Below, one piece after another: positions 18,799 to 28,649 of a DNA stretch of 64,000 nucleotides. Source of the stretch: Nitrospiraceae bacterium (GTDB taxonomy: Bacteria; Nitrospirota; Nitrospiria; Nitrospirales; Nitrospiraceae). The translations under genes were made by a program, and so were the position numbers. The notes beneath the pieces are model-generated. The model had not been told where the DNA came from. It was given only the letters and a program-made list of their open reading frames with translations, and did no database searches. The stretch is taken from assembly GCA_037442105.1 (NCBI GenBank), contig JBBIQV010000010.1, forward strand, positions 1 through 64,000, given 5' to 3'. Each line of letters begins with the position of its first letter. Within the stretch, counting starts at the first letter, position 1.

Positions 18799-20733
18799 AT
18801 GGGTCCGGTAACCCGAAAGAAATTGTTGTCGATCGTTGCGCTGAGCGCAATGGTTGGCCTCCTCCTGTTGCCCATCCTTGTTTCTATTCCGGCATTGGCT
18901 GCGGGCGGTGAGGCTCCTGCGGCTGGGGCTGCGCCAGATGCGGCGAAGAAAGAAGGTGGCGAGGCGAAGGTCGAAAAAGCGAGGGATGTGTACTACAAGA
19001 CCGAAGGGATTGTGGTTGGTGCTCCCGCTCCGAAGACGACGGACGGTCCGAAAGACTATCCACGTTATAACTTTGAAAGCCGAGTCCTTCTCTGGTTCGC
19101 CAATCAGCAGCATCTGTACTATGGAAGTTTTGTGTTGGCGGTTCCGATCTTTTGCATGATTGTCGAGTTTATGGGCGTCGTGTCGAAGGATAAGGCTTTG
19201 GGTAAGAAATACGATCAGTTGGCGTACGACTTCATCAAGATCAGTCTGACTGCCTACTCGCTCACGGCTATTCTGGGCGGCATCTTGATCTTCACCTTCT
19301 TGACTTTGTATCCGGCATTCTTCGGGTATCTTTCCGGTATCTTCCGCCCCGTCATGCATATCTATGCGCTGACCTTCGTGGCGGAGAGCGGAACTCTCTA
19401 TATCTACTATTACGGATGGGACAAGATGAAGGAGGGCTTGCTGAAGTGGGTTCATCTCAGCATGTCCGTCATCTTGAACGTGATCGGGACATTGTTGATG
19501 TTTCTTGCCAATTCTTGGATCGGTTTCATGATGTCGCCGGCAGGGGTTGATGAGCAGGGGCGGTACTTGGGGAATATCTGGCACGTGATCCATACGGCGC
19601 TCTGGAACCCGCTGAACCTGCACCGGATCTTAGGGAACATGGCGTTTGGCGGTGGTGTGGTGGCTGCCTATGCGGCATACCGATTCTTATCGGCAAAGAC
19701 CGAAGAGGATCGGGCTCATTATGACTGGATGGGTTACATCGCAATGGCGCTCGGAGTGTCCTTCCTGATCCCGCTGCCGTTCGCGGGATATTGGCTGATG
19801 CGCGAGGTCTATGCTTATCGTCAGCAGATGGGGATCACGCTCATGGGTGGGTTGCTCGCGTGGCTCTTCATCATTCAGGCGACGATGATCGGGATTCTGT
19901 TCCTGAGCACCAACTATTACCTCTGGCAGGCGCTCGGCCGGATGCGGGGGGCGGAAAAGTATCAACGGTATATTAAATACCTCGTATTCATTCTGGTGTG
20001 CGGCTTCTTGGTGTTTATCACGCCACACACCATGGTGATGACTCCGGCAGAGCTGAAGGCGATGGGTGGTCAGCAGCACCCGGTGCTCGGCAACTACGGC
20101 GTGATGTCTGCGAAAAACGGTGGCATCAACGTCATTATTACGACCACCGTGTTGAGCTTTGTCTGGTACATGCGTGGGAATAAGGTTTCGACCGTCTCGT
20201 GGTCGAAGTTCGGAAATATTTTTATGGGGTGTTTCTTCTTCTTCGCCTACGCCAATATTATCTGGCTAGCCATCTACGGTTATTACATTCCGGCAAACGT
20301 TCGGGTAGGGCTGTCAGTGCCGCAAGTGGCAACGACGCTTTCCTGTCTCTTCTTCATGTTTACGCTCAATGGCATCATGATGAAGGGCGCCAAGCAGATG
20401 GGGCCAATTGAATGGGGCAAGATTTCCGCCCGCTCGCAGTATGCCCTGATCATGCTGGCAACGGCCTTTACCTGGATGATGGGACTGATGGGCTACATCC
20501 GCTCATCCGTGCGGCTCTTCTGGCACGTGAATGAAATCATGCGTGATAATTCACCTTGGGCGTACACGCATACCGTGGGCTTCGCGGCGAACATGATTTC
20601 GTTTAACGTGATGTTCTTCTGGATCAGCATCATGTTCGTGTTCTGGTTGGGCACCCTTGGCAAAAAGGCCGTGCATGCCGAGGCGAAAGCTCCGGTTCCC
20701 GGTGGCGCGCCGCAGCCTGCTGTCGGGCACTGA
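18799..20733 (+). CDS. Cytochrome bd-like oxidase subunit I (paralogue B)
   Basis: 'QQHLYYGS', 'FLANSWIGFMMSPAG', 'NPLNLHRI'; strong RBS; cleavable N-terminal signal. Confidence 0.88.
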   Translation: MGPVTRKKLLSIVALSAMVGLLLLPILVSIPALAAGGEAPAAGAAPDAAKKEGGEAKVEKARDVYYKTEGIVVGAPAPKTTDGPKDYPRYNFESRVLLWFANQQHLYYGSFVLAVPIFCMIVEFMGVVSKDKALGKKYDQLAYDFIKISLTAYSLTAILGGILIFTFLTLYPAFFGYLSGIFRPVMHIYALTFVAESGTLYIYYYGWDKMKEGLLKWVHLSMSVILNVIGTLLMFLANSWIGFMMSPAGVDEQGRYLGNIWHVIHTALWNPLNLHRILGNMAFGGGVVAAYAAYRFLSAKTEEDRAHYDWMGYIAMALGVSFLIPLPFAGYWLMREVYAYRQQMGITLMGGLLAWLFIIQATMIGILFLSTNYYLWQALGRMRGAEKYQRYIKYLVFILVCGFLVFITPHTMVMTPAELKAMGGQQHPVLGNYGVMSAKNGGINVIITTTVLSFVWYMRGNKVSTVSWSKFGNIFMGCFFFFAYANIIWLAIYGYYIPANVRVGLSVPQVATTLSCLFFMFTLNGIMMKGAKQMGPIEWGKISARSQYALIMLATAFTWMMGLMGYIRSSVRLFWHVNEIMRDNSPWAYTHTVGFAANMISFNVMFFWISIMFVFWLGTLGKKAVHAEAKAPVPGGAPQPAVGH

Positions 20734-20809
20734 GGTGGACCAATTTCTATCCGACTCACTGGGGGAGGGGGCGTAAGCCTCCTCCCTCTCTCCTTGGGAG
20801 GACTACACC

Positions 20810-22123
20810 GTGGTTGATCTGTTGCAGCAAGCTATTGAGATCGGCTGGCCGGCTTTGGCGATGTTGGCCGGCTTACTCATTTATTTTCAGGTTTCAGGGA
20901 AGGCGCCGGAGGCCAAACGGCGCGCATCGTTCAAGACTATCATCGGCATGATTGCAACGTTGCTGCTGTTTATGGCGATCGCGAACTACAAGGTCAATTT
21001 TTTTGGGGAATCTCGTCTCCTGCCGGTTTCTCTCGTGATGATCACCGCATTGTGTTTCATGATGGCCTTGTACTTCGCCAAGATCAGCGCTCTCCTCAAG
21101 ATCGGCGGATTCATGTTCCTCGTGGCGGCTGCATTGTCCGGCTATGGGAACTGGTTGCCGCAGGTAGAAGGTGGATTTCCCCCGAAGGAAGAGAAGTTGG
21201 ACTTCAGCTCGATGACGCCGCAGCAGTTGGCCGACGAAGGTGAAAAGATCATCTTCGGCGGTATCGGTCAGAACAAGGTACAGGGCGCAATCGGTAAGGG
21301 CCAGTGTCCACTCTGTCACGCGTTCCACGCCGGCATGCTCGGCGAACGGGCTCCCAACCTTCTGGGACTTCCGGAGCGAGCCGGTAAGGAACGGTTGGAA
21401 GATCCTAAGTATTCGAAGGGTAATCCAGCCAAGCGTGAATATGCCGAGAAGGAAGCTTGTCCTGGTTGCGGCACTGCCGAGAACGGTCAAGAGTACATCG
21501 CGGAGTCTCACTCCTGCCCAAGTTGCTATGTCGTGTCAGGGTACGGTGTGAAGGGCACCAACGATAAAGAAAGTCCGATGCCGAAGATCCACAAGCCACC
21601 GATCTCGCTTTCCCTGCCGGAATTGGCGGCGGTGGATACCTGGCTCTATGTCCGCGAAGGACGTGAGGCGCCGTCATTTGAAGAGATTATTAAGTCGTAC
21701 GAAAAGTTCATTCCCGAAGCCGATCGTCCGAAGATGCAAGAAGATAAGCCTGCCGGTGCGGCAAGCGCGTTGCTGGCTGACGGCTCTGAGCCGGTTGATC
21801 AGATCTTCGCGAAAGCGCAATGCGTGGCCTGTCACACGATTCCTGGAATCCCCGGTGCAATCGGCACGATCGGTCCCAAACTCGTCGAGGGAACGAACGC
21901 TCCCCTGCGTTTGAAGGACAAAGAGTACAAAGGGACCGCTAAGTCGACTCCTGAATACATCATGGAGTCGGTTGTTTCACCAAGCGCCTATGTGGTGAAA
22001 CCATTCCCGGACAACACGATGCCTAAGGTGTTTGGACAAAAGCTCAGCGCCGGCGCCTTGAAGAAGATCGTCGATTACTTGTCGCAGGTGCAAGAAGGCA
22101 AGGAGCCGCCCAAGATTTCTTAA
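20810..22123 (+). CDS. Membrane-anchored dihaem cytochrome c
   Basis: 4 N-terminal TM; CPLCH and CVACH; distal 'SPMP' and 'TMP' Met; extra CPGC and CPSC. Confidence 0.85.
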   Translation: MVDLLQQAIEIGWPALAMLAGLLIYFQVSGKAPEAKRRASFKTIIGMIATLLLFMAIANYKVNFFGESRLLPVSLVMITALCFMMALYFAKISALLKIGGFMFLVAAALSGYGNWLPQVEGGFPPKEEKLDFSSMTPQQLADEGEKIIFGGIGQNKVQGAIGKGQCPLCHAFHAGMLGERAPNLLGLPERAGKERLEDPKYSKGNPAKREYAEKEACPGCGTAENGQEYIAESHSCPSCYVVSGYGVKGTNDKESPMPKIHKPPISLSLPELAAVDTWLYVREGREAPSFEEIIKSYEKFIPEADRPKMQEDKPAGAASALLADGSEPVDQIFAKAQCVACHTIPGIPGAIGTIGPKLVEGTNAPLRLKDKEYKGTAKSTPEYIMESVVSPSAYVVKPFPDNTMPKVFGQKLSAGALKKIVDYLSQVQEGKEPPKIS

Positions 22124-22163
22124 TCAAAACTTGTTCTCTAGGCGAAGCAAAGGGAGTTCACCG

Positions 22164-23201
22164 ATGAAAGCATTAATGGGTGCTGGTGCGGTGGTAGGAG
22201 TCGTAGGGTTACTCCTTCTGATTAGCATGATTTTCGGAGTACTTCCCTCCAACACCGTTCGTTTGGTAGAAGGCTACATGCCCATGCAGATGCTCTTCGA
22301 GCTCGCATGTTTCGTGGCCGGCTTTACGGGTCTCAGTTACATGTTGAATTCGATGGGCATGGCGATCCCCCGGTTCTTCCAGGGGATCATGTTTTGGGCT
22401 TTTATCCTGCTCTATCTGAAGTTCCGGGTCTATCCGCCCATCCCGTTCAGTGTGCGGGCGATGTATGGGACCGTCTCCCTCATTGCCGTCTTTATGTGGA
22501 TGTCGAGCAATGAGGAAGACTGGAAGAAGTTCAAGCAGCCGATTCTCAACGTGCTCGATGCGCAGAGTGGGAGGAATAAGCTCCTCCGATACGCCTATCT
22601 AGTGCTGCTTCCCATCATTATCGGAGGCTTTTCTTTCAATGCGATGAAGCCGAGTTCCGAAGAGCCGATTGAATTGCGGACGGTGCATCCTGCTCCTCCC
22701 GCGAGCACCAAGGTGCATGGGAAGACCTACGTCCTCCAGACCTCCCAGAATCCGTACCGGGTGAATCCCGAAGGGAAGTATGATCAGGAATATACCAATG
22801 CCAATATCGTTGAGCAGGGTATGGGGCGGCTGATGAAGCCGAACGCCAACCCGTGGGACCAGAATGCGCAAGGGTATTTGAAGTATGTGCGCGAGGGCGG
22901 CGAAATTTTCTTCCAGAATTGCCACTTCTGCCACGGTGACAATCTGAACGGCCGCGGGTTGCACGCCTTTGCGTTCAACCCGATTCCGGCGAACTTCACC
23001 GACCCGGGCACGATTGCCCAGTTACAAGAGACGTTCATTTTCTGGCGCGTGTCCAAGGGTGGTATCGGCTTGCCGAACGAAGGCTTCCCCTGGGCCTCGG
23101 TCATGCCGCCTTGGGAGCAGCACCTGACGGTTGATGAAATCTGGAAAGTCGTTCTGTTCGAGTATTGGCACACTGGGTATTATCCAAGAACGTGGGACTA
23201 A
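22164..23201 (+). CDS. Membrane-bound monohaem cytochrome c
   Basis: Several TM, then CHFCH and 'SVMPPW'; ATG at 22164 behind AGGGAG. Confidence 0.85.
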   Translation: MKALMGAGAVVGVVGLLLLISMIFGVLPSNTVRLVEGYMPMQMLFELACFVAGFTGLSYMLNSMGMAIPRFFQGIMFWAFILLYLKFRVYPPIPFSVRAMYGTVSLIAVFMWMSSNEEDWKKFKQPILNVLDAQSGRNKLLRYAYLVLLPIIIGGFSFNAMKPSSEEPIELRTVHPAPPASTKVHGKTYVLQTSQNPYRVNPEGKYDQEYTNANIVEQGMGRLMKPNANPWDQNAQGYLKYVREGGEIFFQNCHFCHGDNLNGRGLHAFAFNPIPANFTDPGTIAQLQETFIFWRVSKGGIGLPNEGFPWASVMPPWEQHLTVDEIWKVVLFEYWHTGYYPRTWD

Positions 23202-23251
23202 TTGACTGTTGAGCACTGTGGCCGTCATCGATCGATGAATTAGATTATGAG

Positions 23252-25057
23252 ATGAGGTTGACGATGAGGAATCTGTCGTTGAAAAGAAAATCAGGTTTCG
23301 TCTTGGCTGCTGCGCTGGGGATCGCGATGGTCTCCGGCAGCACTGCAGTCTGGACATTCGCACAACAAGGCGGTGGCTTACCGGAGGGGTTCAAGCAAGG
23401 TCAGCTCGCTCCTGAGCCTCCGGCGGAGATGATCGAGGCCGGTAAGCGTGTGTACTTCACGAAGTGTGTCTGGTGCCACGGCGTTGACGGAGCCGGCGAC
23501 GGTCCAGGGGCGGATCGCCTGTGGCCGCGGCCGCGCAACTTTAACCAGGGGACATTCAAAATTCGGCACACGGCGAGCGGTGAATTGCCGTTGTTCGACG
23601 CCAAGAAACCCGTCCCCGGCCAGAATGACTTGTTTGAGACCGTTACGCACGGATTGCCAGGGTCTGCCATGCCTTCATGGGAGGGCATCTTGACCGATGA
23701 ACAGCGACTGCAGGTTTTGGCATTTGTAACGACTCAACTGGTCAAGGACCGGAAGTTTACGGATAAAGAGACCGAAACGGTGACGGTTCTGCAGCTCGGC
23801 GACATTAAACCCGTGGCACCAACCGAAGAGAGCCTCAAGAGGGGGTCCGAACTGATCGTTGAGAAGAAATGCATCGAGTGTCATGGCACGGAAGGACGCG
23901 GCGATGGAAACGCGTTCAACCTGAAGGACGACTGGGGTTTTGCGATCCAGCCAGCCGACTGGCATAAGTGTTGGAATTTCAGGGGAAGCCGGCAAGATGC
24001 GTACAACGTGAAGAACATCTTCCGGACCTTCTCGACCGGCATCAACGGCACTCCCATGCCATCGTTCGCTGACAGCACCACCATAGAAGAGCGTTGGCAC
24101 ATTGCGAACTTCGTTCAGTCTCTCTGTGAGCGAGATGCGGATGGAGAACCACTGCCGATCGATCCGCTTACCGATAAGCCGAAAATTAACTTCGTTGTTC
24201 CAGCCGGTTTTGTCGAGGGGGAGATCGCGAACGATCCTGAAAATGAAATGTGGAAAAAACAGGGTCGCCGTTATGTTGCGATGGGGGGGCAGATTACGCA
24301 CAAACCCAGGAATTTCGTAAACCGGATCGACGATATCTGGGTGAAGTCTCTCTATAACGACCAGAGTATTGTCTATCTGTTCGAGTGGGATGACCGTACC
24401 AAGAGTGTCGCGACTGAGAAACTGCCATGGGCCCCGATTGAGGTGAACGTCGAGAAGTATGGTGTCAAGGAGCAGGAGCCAAAGACCGGTGAGGAGGGCT
24501 CCATCGCCGCCAATCAAAACAAGTATGCCGTCTACAACGACGCGATCGCGATTGAGACTCCTGTGAAATGGCAGGAACTGCCCGCACCTATTAAGCCGCG
24601 TTATCTGTTCGGCACGAATGAACAGTTTCCGGTTGATATCGTCAAGTGGGAAGCAGACGGGTCTCTCAGGGCTTTCAAAGGCACTGGATGGGACAAGGAT
24701 TTTGAAGAGCGCGATACCTATGAGGAAAATATTAAGGTTCTTAAGTCCGAATGGAAGAATGGCCGTTGGTACGTGATGATTCAGCGTCCGCGTGGCAACA
24801 AGAAGGATCAGGACTACGACGAAGACACCTTCTTTGAGGTGGGGAAATATATCCCGACCGTCTTCTTTGCATGGGATGGTCATAACGGCGATGCCGGGAG
24901 AAAGATGGCAGTCTCCGCCTTCTACTACACGTTCCTTCAGCCGCCAATTCCTAGAGAAGTCTACATTTATCCGGCTGTGATCGCGTTCGGTGTCGTGTTC
25001 CTGGAAGGTTGGGTGCTTACACGGCGGGCTAATAAGAAGAAGGGAAAAACATACTGA
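23252..25057 (+). CDS. Dihaem cytochrome c fused to ethylbenzene-dehydrogenase-gamma/DOMON-like domain (alternative NxrC-like)
   Basis: CVWCH, CIECH; C-terminal 'YLFEWDD..WKNGRWYVMIQRP..FFAWDG..GRK'; C-terminal TM. Confidence 0.85.
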   Translation: MRLTMRNLSLKRKSGFVLAAALGIAMVSGSTAVWTFAQQGGGLPEGFKQGQLAPEPPAEMIEAGKRVYFTKCVWCHGVDGAGDGPGADRLWPRPRNFNQGTFKIRHTASGELPLFDAKKPVPGQNDLFETVTHGLPGSAMPSWEGILTDEQRLQVLAFVTTQLVKDRKFTDKETETVTVLQLGDIKPVAPTEESLKRGSELIVEKKCIECHGTEGRGDGNAFNLKDDWGFAIQPADWHKCWNFRGSRQDAYNVKNIFRTFSTGINGTPMPSFADSTTIEERWHIANFVQSLCERDADGEPLPIDPLTDKPKINFVVPAGFVEGEIANDPENEMWKKQGRRYVAMGGQITHKPRNFVNRIDDIWVKSLYNDQSIVYLFEWDDRTKSVATEKLPWAPIEVNVEKYGVKEQEPKTGEEGSIAANQNKYAVYNDAIAIETPVKWQELPAPIKPRYLFGTNEQFPVDIVKWEADGSLRAFKGTGWDKDFEERDTYEENIKVLKSEWKNGRWYVMIQRPRGNKKDQDYDEDTFFEVGKYIPTVFFAWDGHNGDAGRKMAVSAFYYTFLQPPIPREVYIYPAVIAFGVVFLEGWVLTRRANKKKGKTY

Positions 25058-25081
25058 GCGGTTTTAGAAAGTCTGCGTCAG

Positions 25082-25120
25082 GAGAGGGGGTGGGGGCAAG
25101 CCCACCCCCTCTTTCTTTTT
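25082..25120 (+). terminator. Rho-independent terminator
   Basis: GAGAGGGGGTGGG..CCCACCCCCTCT followed by TTCTTTT. Confidence 0.8.
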
Positions 25121-25127
25121 ACGCCTG

Positions 25128-25748
25128 GTGTTGGACAACATGGGCGCGAAATTAATTGATATCAGTGCGGTGTTAGTGGCCGGCGGAAAGAGTCGCCGTC
25201 TGGGTCTGGACAAGCGATTTATTGAAATCGGCGGGCGGACGTTGCTGGATCGATCACTCACCACATTGGAGGCGCTATTTTCTGAAGTGATTGTCGTGGT
25301 GGCGGATAAATTTCCTGACTTGCGCGTGCGAAACTCTCTTCTGGTCGAAGATCTCATCCCCGATTGCGGAAGTCTCGGCGGACTCTATACGGGTTTAGCA
25401 CACGCGAAAAATCGACTGGTCTTTGCGAGCGCCTGCGATATGCCATTTCTCAACGAGGCCATCATTCGCTATCTCGTGGAAGTGGATCCCCATGCGGATG
25501 TAGTAATGCCGAAGTTGGCAACAGGGTTGCAGCCGATGCACGCTGTCTACTCGATTCGCTGTGCGCCGGTGTTGGAGGAGATGGCAAGAAGCAAACGCCT
25601 CAGAATCCATGAGCTTACCGAGAACCCCACGCTCGCGGTTCACCTCATCCCCGAAGCCGATCTCGTCCGATTTGATCCTGATCTTCGCTCTTTTCTTAAT
25701 ATCAATACCCTGGAGGACTTTGAACGCGCCAAGAGGCTCCTCTCGTAG
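25128..25748 (+). CDS. mobA: Molybdenum cofactor guanylyltransferase
   Basis: 'LVAGGKSRRLGLDK', 'GSLGGLY', 'ACDMPF', 'NINT..D'. Confidence 0.88.
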   Translation: MLDNMGAKLIDISAVLVAGGKSRRLGLDKRFIEIGGRTLLDRSLTTLEALFSEVIVVVADKFPDLRVRNSLLVEDLIPDCGSLGGLYTGLAHAKNRLVFASACDMPFLNEAIIRYLVEVDPHADVVMPKLATGLQPMHAVYSIRCAPVLEEMARSKRLRIHELTENPTLAVHLIPEADLVRFDPDLRSFLNINTLEDFERAKRLLS

Positions 25749-26774
25749 GTGTCGTTAACCTGCACTCTGAACGTGGCACAGCCGACCTTCCTCATCGTTC
25801 ATCCAGGCGCCTTGGGCGACGTGCTGTTGTCTCTGCCGGCGATTCAGGCGCTTCGCACGGCATATCCTCGGCATGAAATCGGGATCATCGCCGGGCAAGC
25901 GGTTGGTATGCTCCTGCGGGAGTGCCGGGTTATTGATCGGCTCTTTCCGGTAGAATCACGGGTGCTGGCTGATTTGTTCACCGGACCTGAGGCTGTGACC
26001 CCCGATGTGATGGAATGGCTGTCTCGCTGTCAGTCGGCAGTCTGTTGGATGGCGGACGGGGGAGGCGCCGTCACCAGATCATTACATAAGCTGGGTTGTA
26101 GCCATGTGATCGCGCGGTCCCTTAGCGACATCCCGGATAGCGGCTCTCACCTGGCAGACCGAATATTGGACACAATTCGAGGTCTTGTTCAGGTATCGAG
26201 ACAGGAGACCCACCTCCGTCTTCCTGCGCACGTGTGTCAAGTCGGTGCGCAAGTGCTCAGTAAGATGATTGGCGGAACGCGGCAGCCCGTCGTGGTGGTA
26301 CACGCAGGCAGTGGGAGCCGTCACAAATGTTGCCGGCCCGAGGTTCTAGTTCATGTGGTCGAGCGGCTCCATCAGGAGGGAGCCGTGCCGGTGCTCTTGG
26401 AGGGGCCGGCCGATAAAGGAGCCACTCGCGAGGTCGCTCGCGCCTGTAGAACGCTCCCCATCATCTTAGAGAATCTCGACCTTGTCTCGGTCGCCGGGGT
26501 GTTGGCCCATGCGGCGTGTGTTGTTGGTCATGACTCGGGTGTGTCACATCTTGCCGCAGCTCTGCACGTTCCTACGGTTGTTCTGTTTGGGCCTACGGAT
26601 CCCAAACGATGGGCTCCAAGGGGCAGATATGTCACCGTGCTTACGGGATCAGACTGTCAATGCGAAACCTGGAAAGCTGTGCAGCGGTGTGAGGCGAAAT
26701 CCTGTTTGCAGATCCCCACGGACAGTATCATGGCAGCTTGTAACCAGATGATCCAAAGCGGCTCAGGCCGATAA
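25749..26774 (+). CDS. Glycosyltransferase family 9 (heptosyltransferase-like)
   Basis: 'GALGDVLL', 'VGHDSGVSHLAAAL..PTVVLFGPT'. Confidence 0.9.
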   Translation: MSLTCTLNVAQPTFLIVHPGALGDVLLSLPAIQALRTAYPRHEIGIIAGQAVGMLLRECRVIDRLFPVESRVLADLFTGPEAVTPDVMEWLSRCQSAVCWMADGGGAVTRSLHKLGCSHVIARSLSDIPDSGSHLADRILDTIRGLVQVSRQETHLRLPAHVCQVGAQVLSKMIGGTRQPVVVVHAGSGSRHKCCRPEVLVHVVERLHQEGAVPVLLEGPADKGATREVARACRTLPIILENLDLVSVAGVLAHAACVVGHDSGVSHLAAALHVPTVVLFGPTDPKRWAPRGRYVTVLTGSDCQCETWKAVQRCEAKSCLQIPTDSIMAACNQMIQSGSGR

Positions 26775-26863
26775 GCGCGCAGCCGCTGCCTTGTGGTCAT
26801 GGGCTCAGGTGTGCTAGATTGGCCAGCTAATTTGTCTTTCAGACTGCAGACTTAGGAAATCAC

Positions 26864-28621
26864 GTGGTGTCGCAGGGGGTTGTTCGAGAGAAAGTGAACG
26901 GTGCGCTGGTCGGGGCACTGCGCCTGGCGAAGCAGCGGGGGCAACTGAGGATCGAGACGGTGCCGTCCGTCAGCCTCGATTTGCCAAAACGTCCGGAATG
27001 GGGAGATCTTGCGTCTACCGTTGCCATGACTTTGGCCACCTCCGAACAACGTCCTCCCTATGATATCGCGCAAATCATCGTGGACAACATCGAACAGCGG
27101 GATGTTTTGTTCGATCGCGTGGAGATCGTCCGACCTGGTTTCCTCAACCTGACGGTCAAACAGGAATTGTGGCTGGAAGTGTTGCGCGAGATCGAGCACC
27201 AAGGAATGGCCTATGGACATTCCGAGCTTGGGCGGGGGAAACGAGTTCTGATCGAGTTTGTGAGCGCCAATCCGACCGGGCCGTTGCACGTCGGACATGG
27301 CCGAGGAGCGGCGGTCGGCCACGCGATTGTCAACCTGCTCAAGGCGACGGGGCACGATGCCGTGAGCGAGTACTATGTCAACGATGCGGGCCGCCAGATG
27401 AAGTTGTTGGGTACGTCGGTGCAGGCGCGCTACCAGGAATTGCTCGGCCGCCAGGTGTCGTTTCCTGAGGATGGTTATCACGGCGCTTACATCCGGACGG
27501 TCGCGCAACAAATCGCCGAGGAATTAGGGGCGTCTCTGTTAGACCTGGACCCTGGCGAGGCGGAACAACGATGTCAGGAACTGGCCTACAAACGGTTGCT
27601 GCAACTCATTCGGCAGGACCTGCAATCGTTCGGAATCGAGTTCGAATCCTGGTTCAGCGAGGCCTCGCTCCTTGCCACCGGATCGGTCGAACGGGTGTTA
27701 GGAGAGCTCAAGGCGCGCCAGTTACTGCATGAGCAGGACGGAGCGCTCTGGTTCAGGTCGTCCGCATTCGGCGATGAAAAGGACCGCGTGGTCCGGAAGC
27801 AGGACGGCGAGTACACCTATCTCGCGTCCGATATCGCGTACCATCGCGACAAATTGCACCGCGGTTACGACCTTCTCATCGATGTGTGGGGGGCGGATCA
27901 CCACGGCTACATTCCGCGCATGCAAGCGGTCGTGCAGGCCTATGGATATCCCAAAGACCGATTGAAGGTGGTGCTGGTGCAGATGGTGAATCTGCTTCGG
28001 GGCGGAAAGAAAGTTGAGATGTCGAAGCGTGCGGGAGAATTCGTGACGCTGCGCGAAGTGATCGCCGAAGTTGGCGCCGATGCCGCGAAGTTCTACTTCT
28101 TGATGCGCCGATCGGACACCCATCTCGATTTCGATCTCGAATTGGCGAAGCGGCGGTCGGCGGAGAACCCGGTCTACTACGTTCAATACGCCCATGCGCG
28201 CATCTCGAGCTTGTGGCGCGTTGCAGGTGTCCGAGGCATCGCCTGCCCGAAGCCGAGTGAAACCGACTTGCGTGTCCTGCGGGACCCCGATGAACTCGCG
28301 CTGATTCGTAAGCTGTCGGCCTATCCGACGGTCTTGCAAGGAGCTGCGGCTGAATTAGAGCCGCACCGGATCACCTACTATCTGCAAGAAGTCGCCGGTT
28401 CGCTCCACACGTTCTACAACAAACATCGTATCCTTCCTCCCGCAGTGGAGGCAGAAGGGGCCGGCGTAGAAATAGGAACGGAGAATGGTGGAGATTCCTC
28501 GTGTCGCGAGGAGCTGACTCCCGCGCTTACCGCGGCTCGGCTGGCTCTGATGTGGGGGATCCAACAGGTCTTGCGGAACGGGCTGAGCATCCTGGGTGTC
28601 TCCGCACCGGAGCAGATGTAG
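26864..28621 (+). CDS. argS: Arginine--tRNA ligase
   Basis: 'EFVSANPTGPLHVGH', 'GADHHGY', 'MSKRAG', 'YVQYAHAR', C-terminal 'APEQM'. Confidence 0.97.
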   Translation: MVSQGVVREKVNGALVGALRLAKQRGQLRIETVPSVSLDLPKRPEWGDLASTVAMTLATSEQRPPYDIAQIIVDNIEQRDVLFDRVEIVRPGFLNLTVKQELWLEVLREIEHQGMAYGHSELGRGKRVLIEFVSANPTGPLHVGHGRGAAVGHAIVNLLKATGHDAVSEYYVNDAGRQMKLLGTSVQARYQELLGRQVSFPEDGYHGAYIRTVAQQIAEELGASLLDLDPGEAEQRCQELAYKRLLQLIRQDLQSFGIEFESWFSEASLLATGSVERVLGELKARQLLHEQDGALWFRSSAFGDEKDRVVRKQDGEYTYLASDIAYHRDKLHRGYDLLIDVWGADHHGYIPRMQAVVQAYGYPKDRLKVVLVQMVNLLRGGKKVEMSKRAGEFVTLREVIAEVGADAAKFYFLMRRSDTHLDFDLELAKRRSAENPVYYVQYAHARISSLWRVAGVRGIACPKPSETDLRVLRDPDELALIRKLSAYPTVLQGAAAELEPHRITYYLQEVAGSLHTFYNKHRILPPAVEAEGAGVEIGTENGGDSSCREELTPALTAARLALMWGIQQVLRNGLSILGVSAPEQM

Positions 28622-28649
28622 CAGGGTTTAGAAAAAGAAAGCCTCGCGC

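Noticed and set aside
27630..27660. GTTCGAATCC resembling a tRNA T-loop
   Set aside because: Lies inside the argS coding sequence; no cloverleaf or acceptor stem seen.
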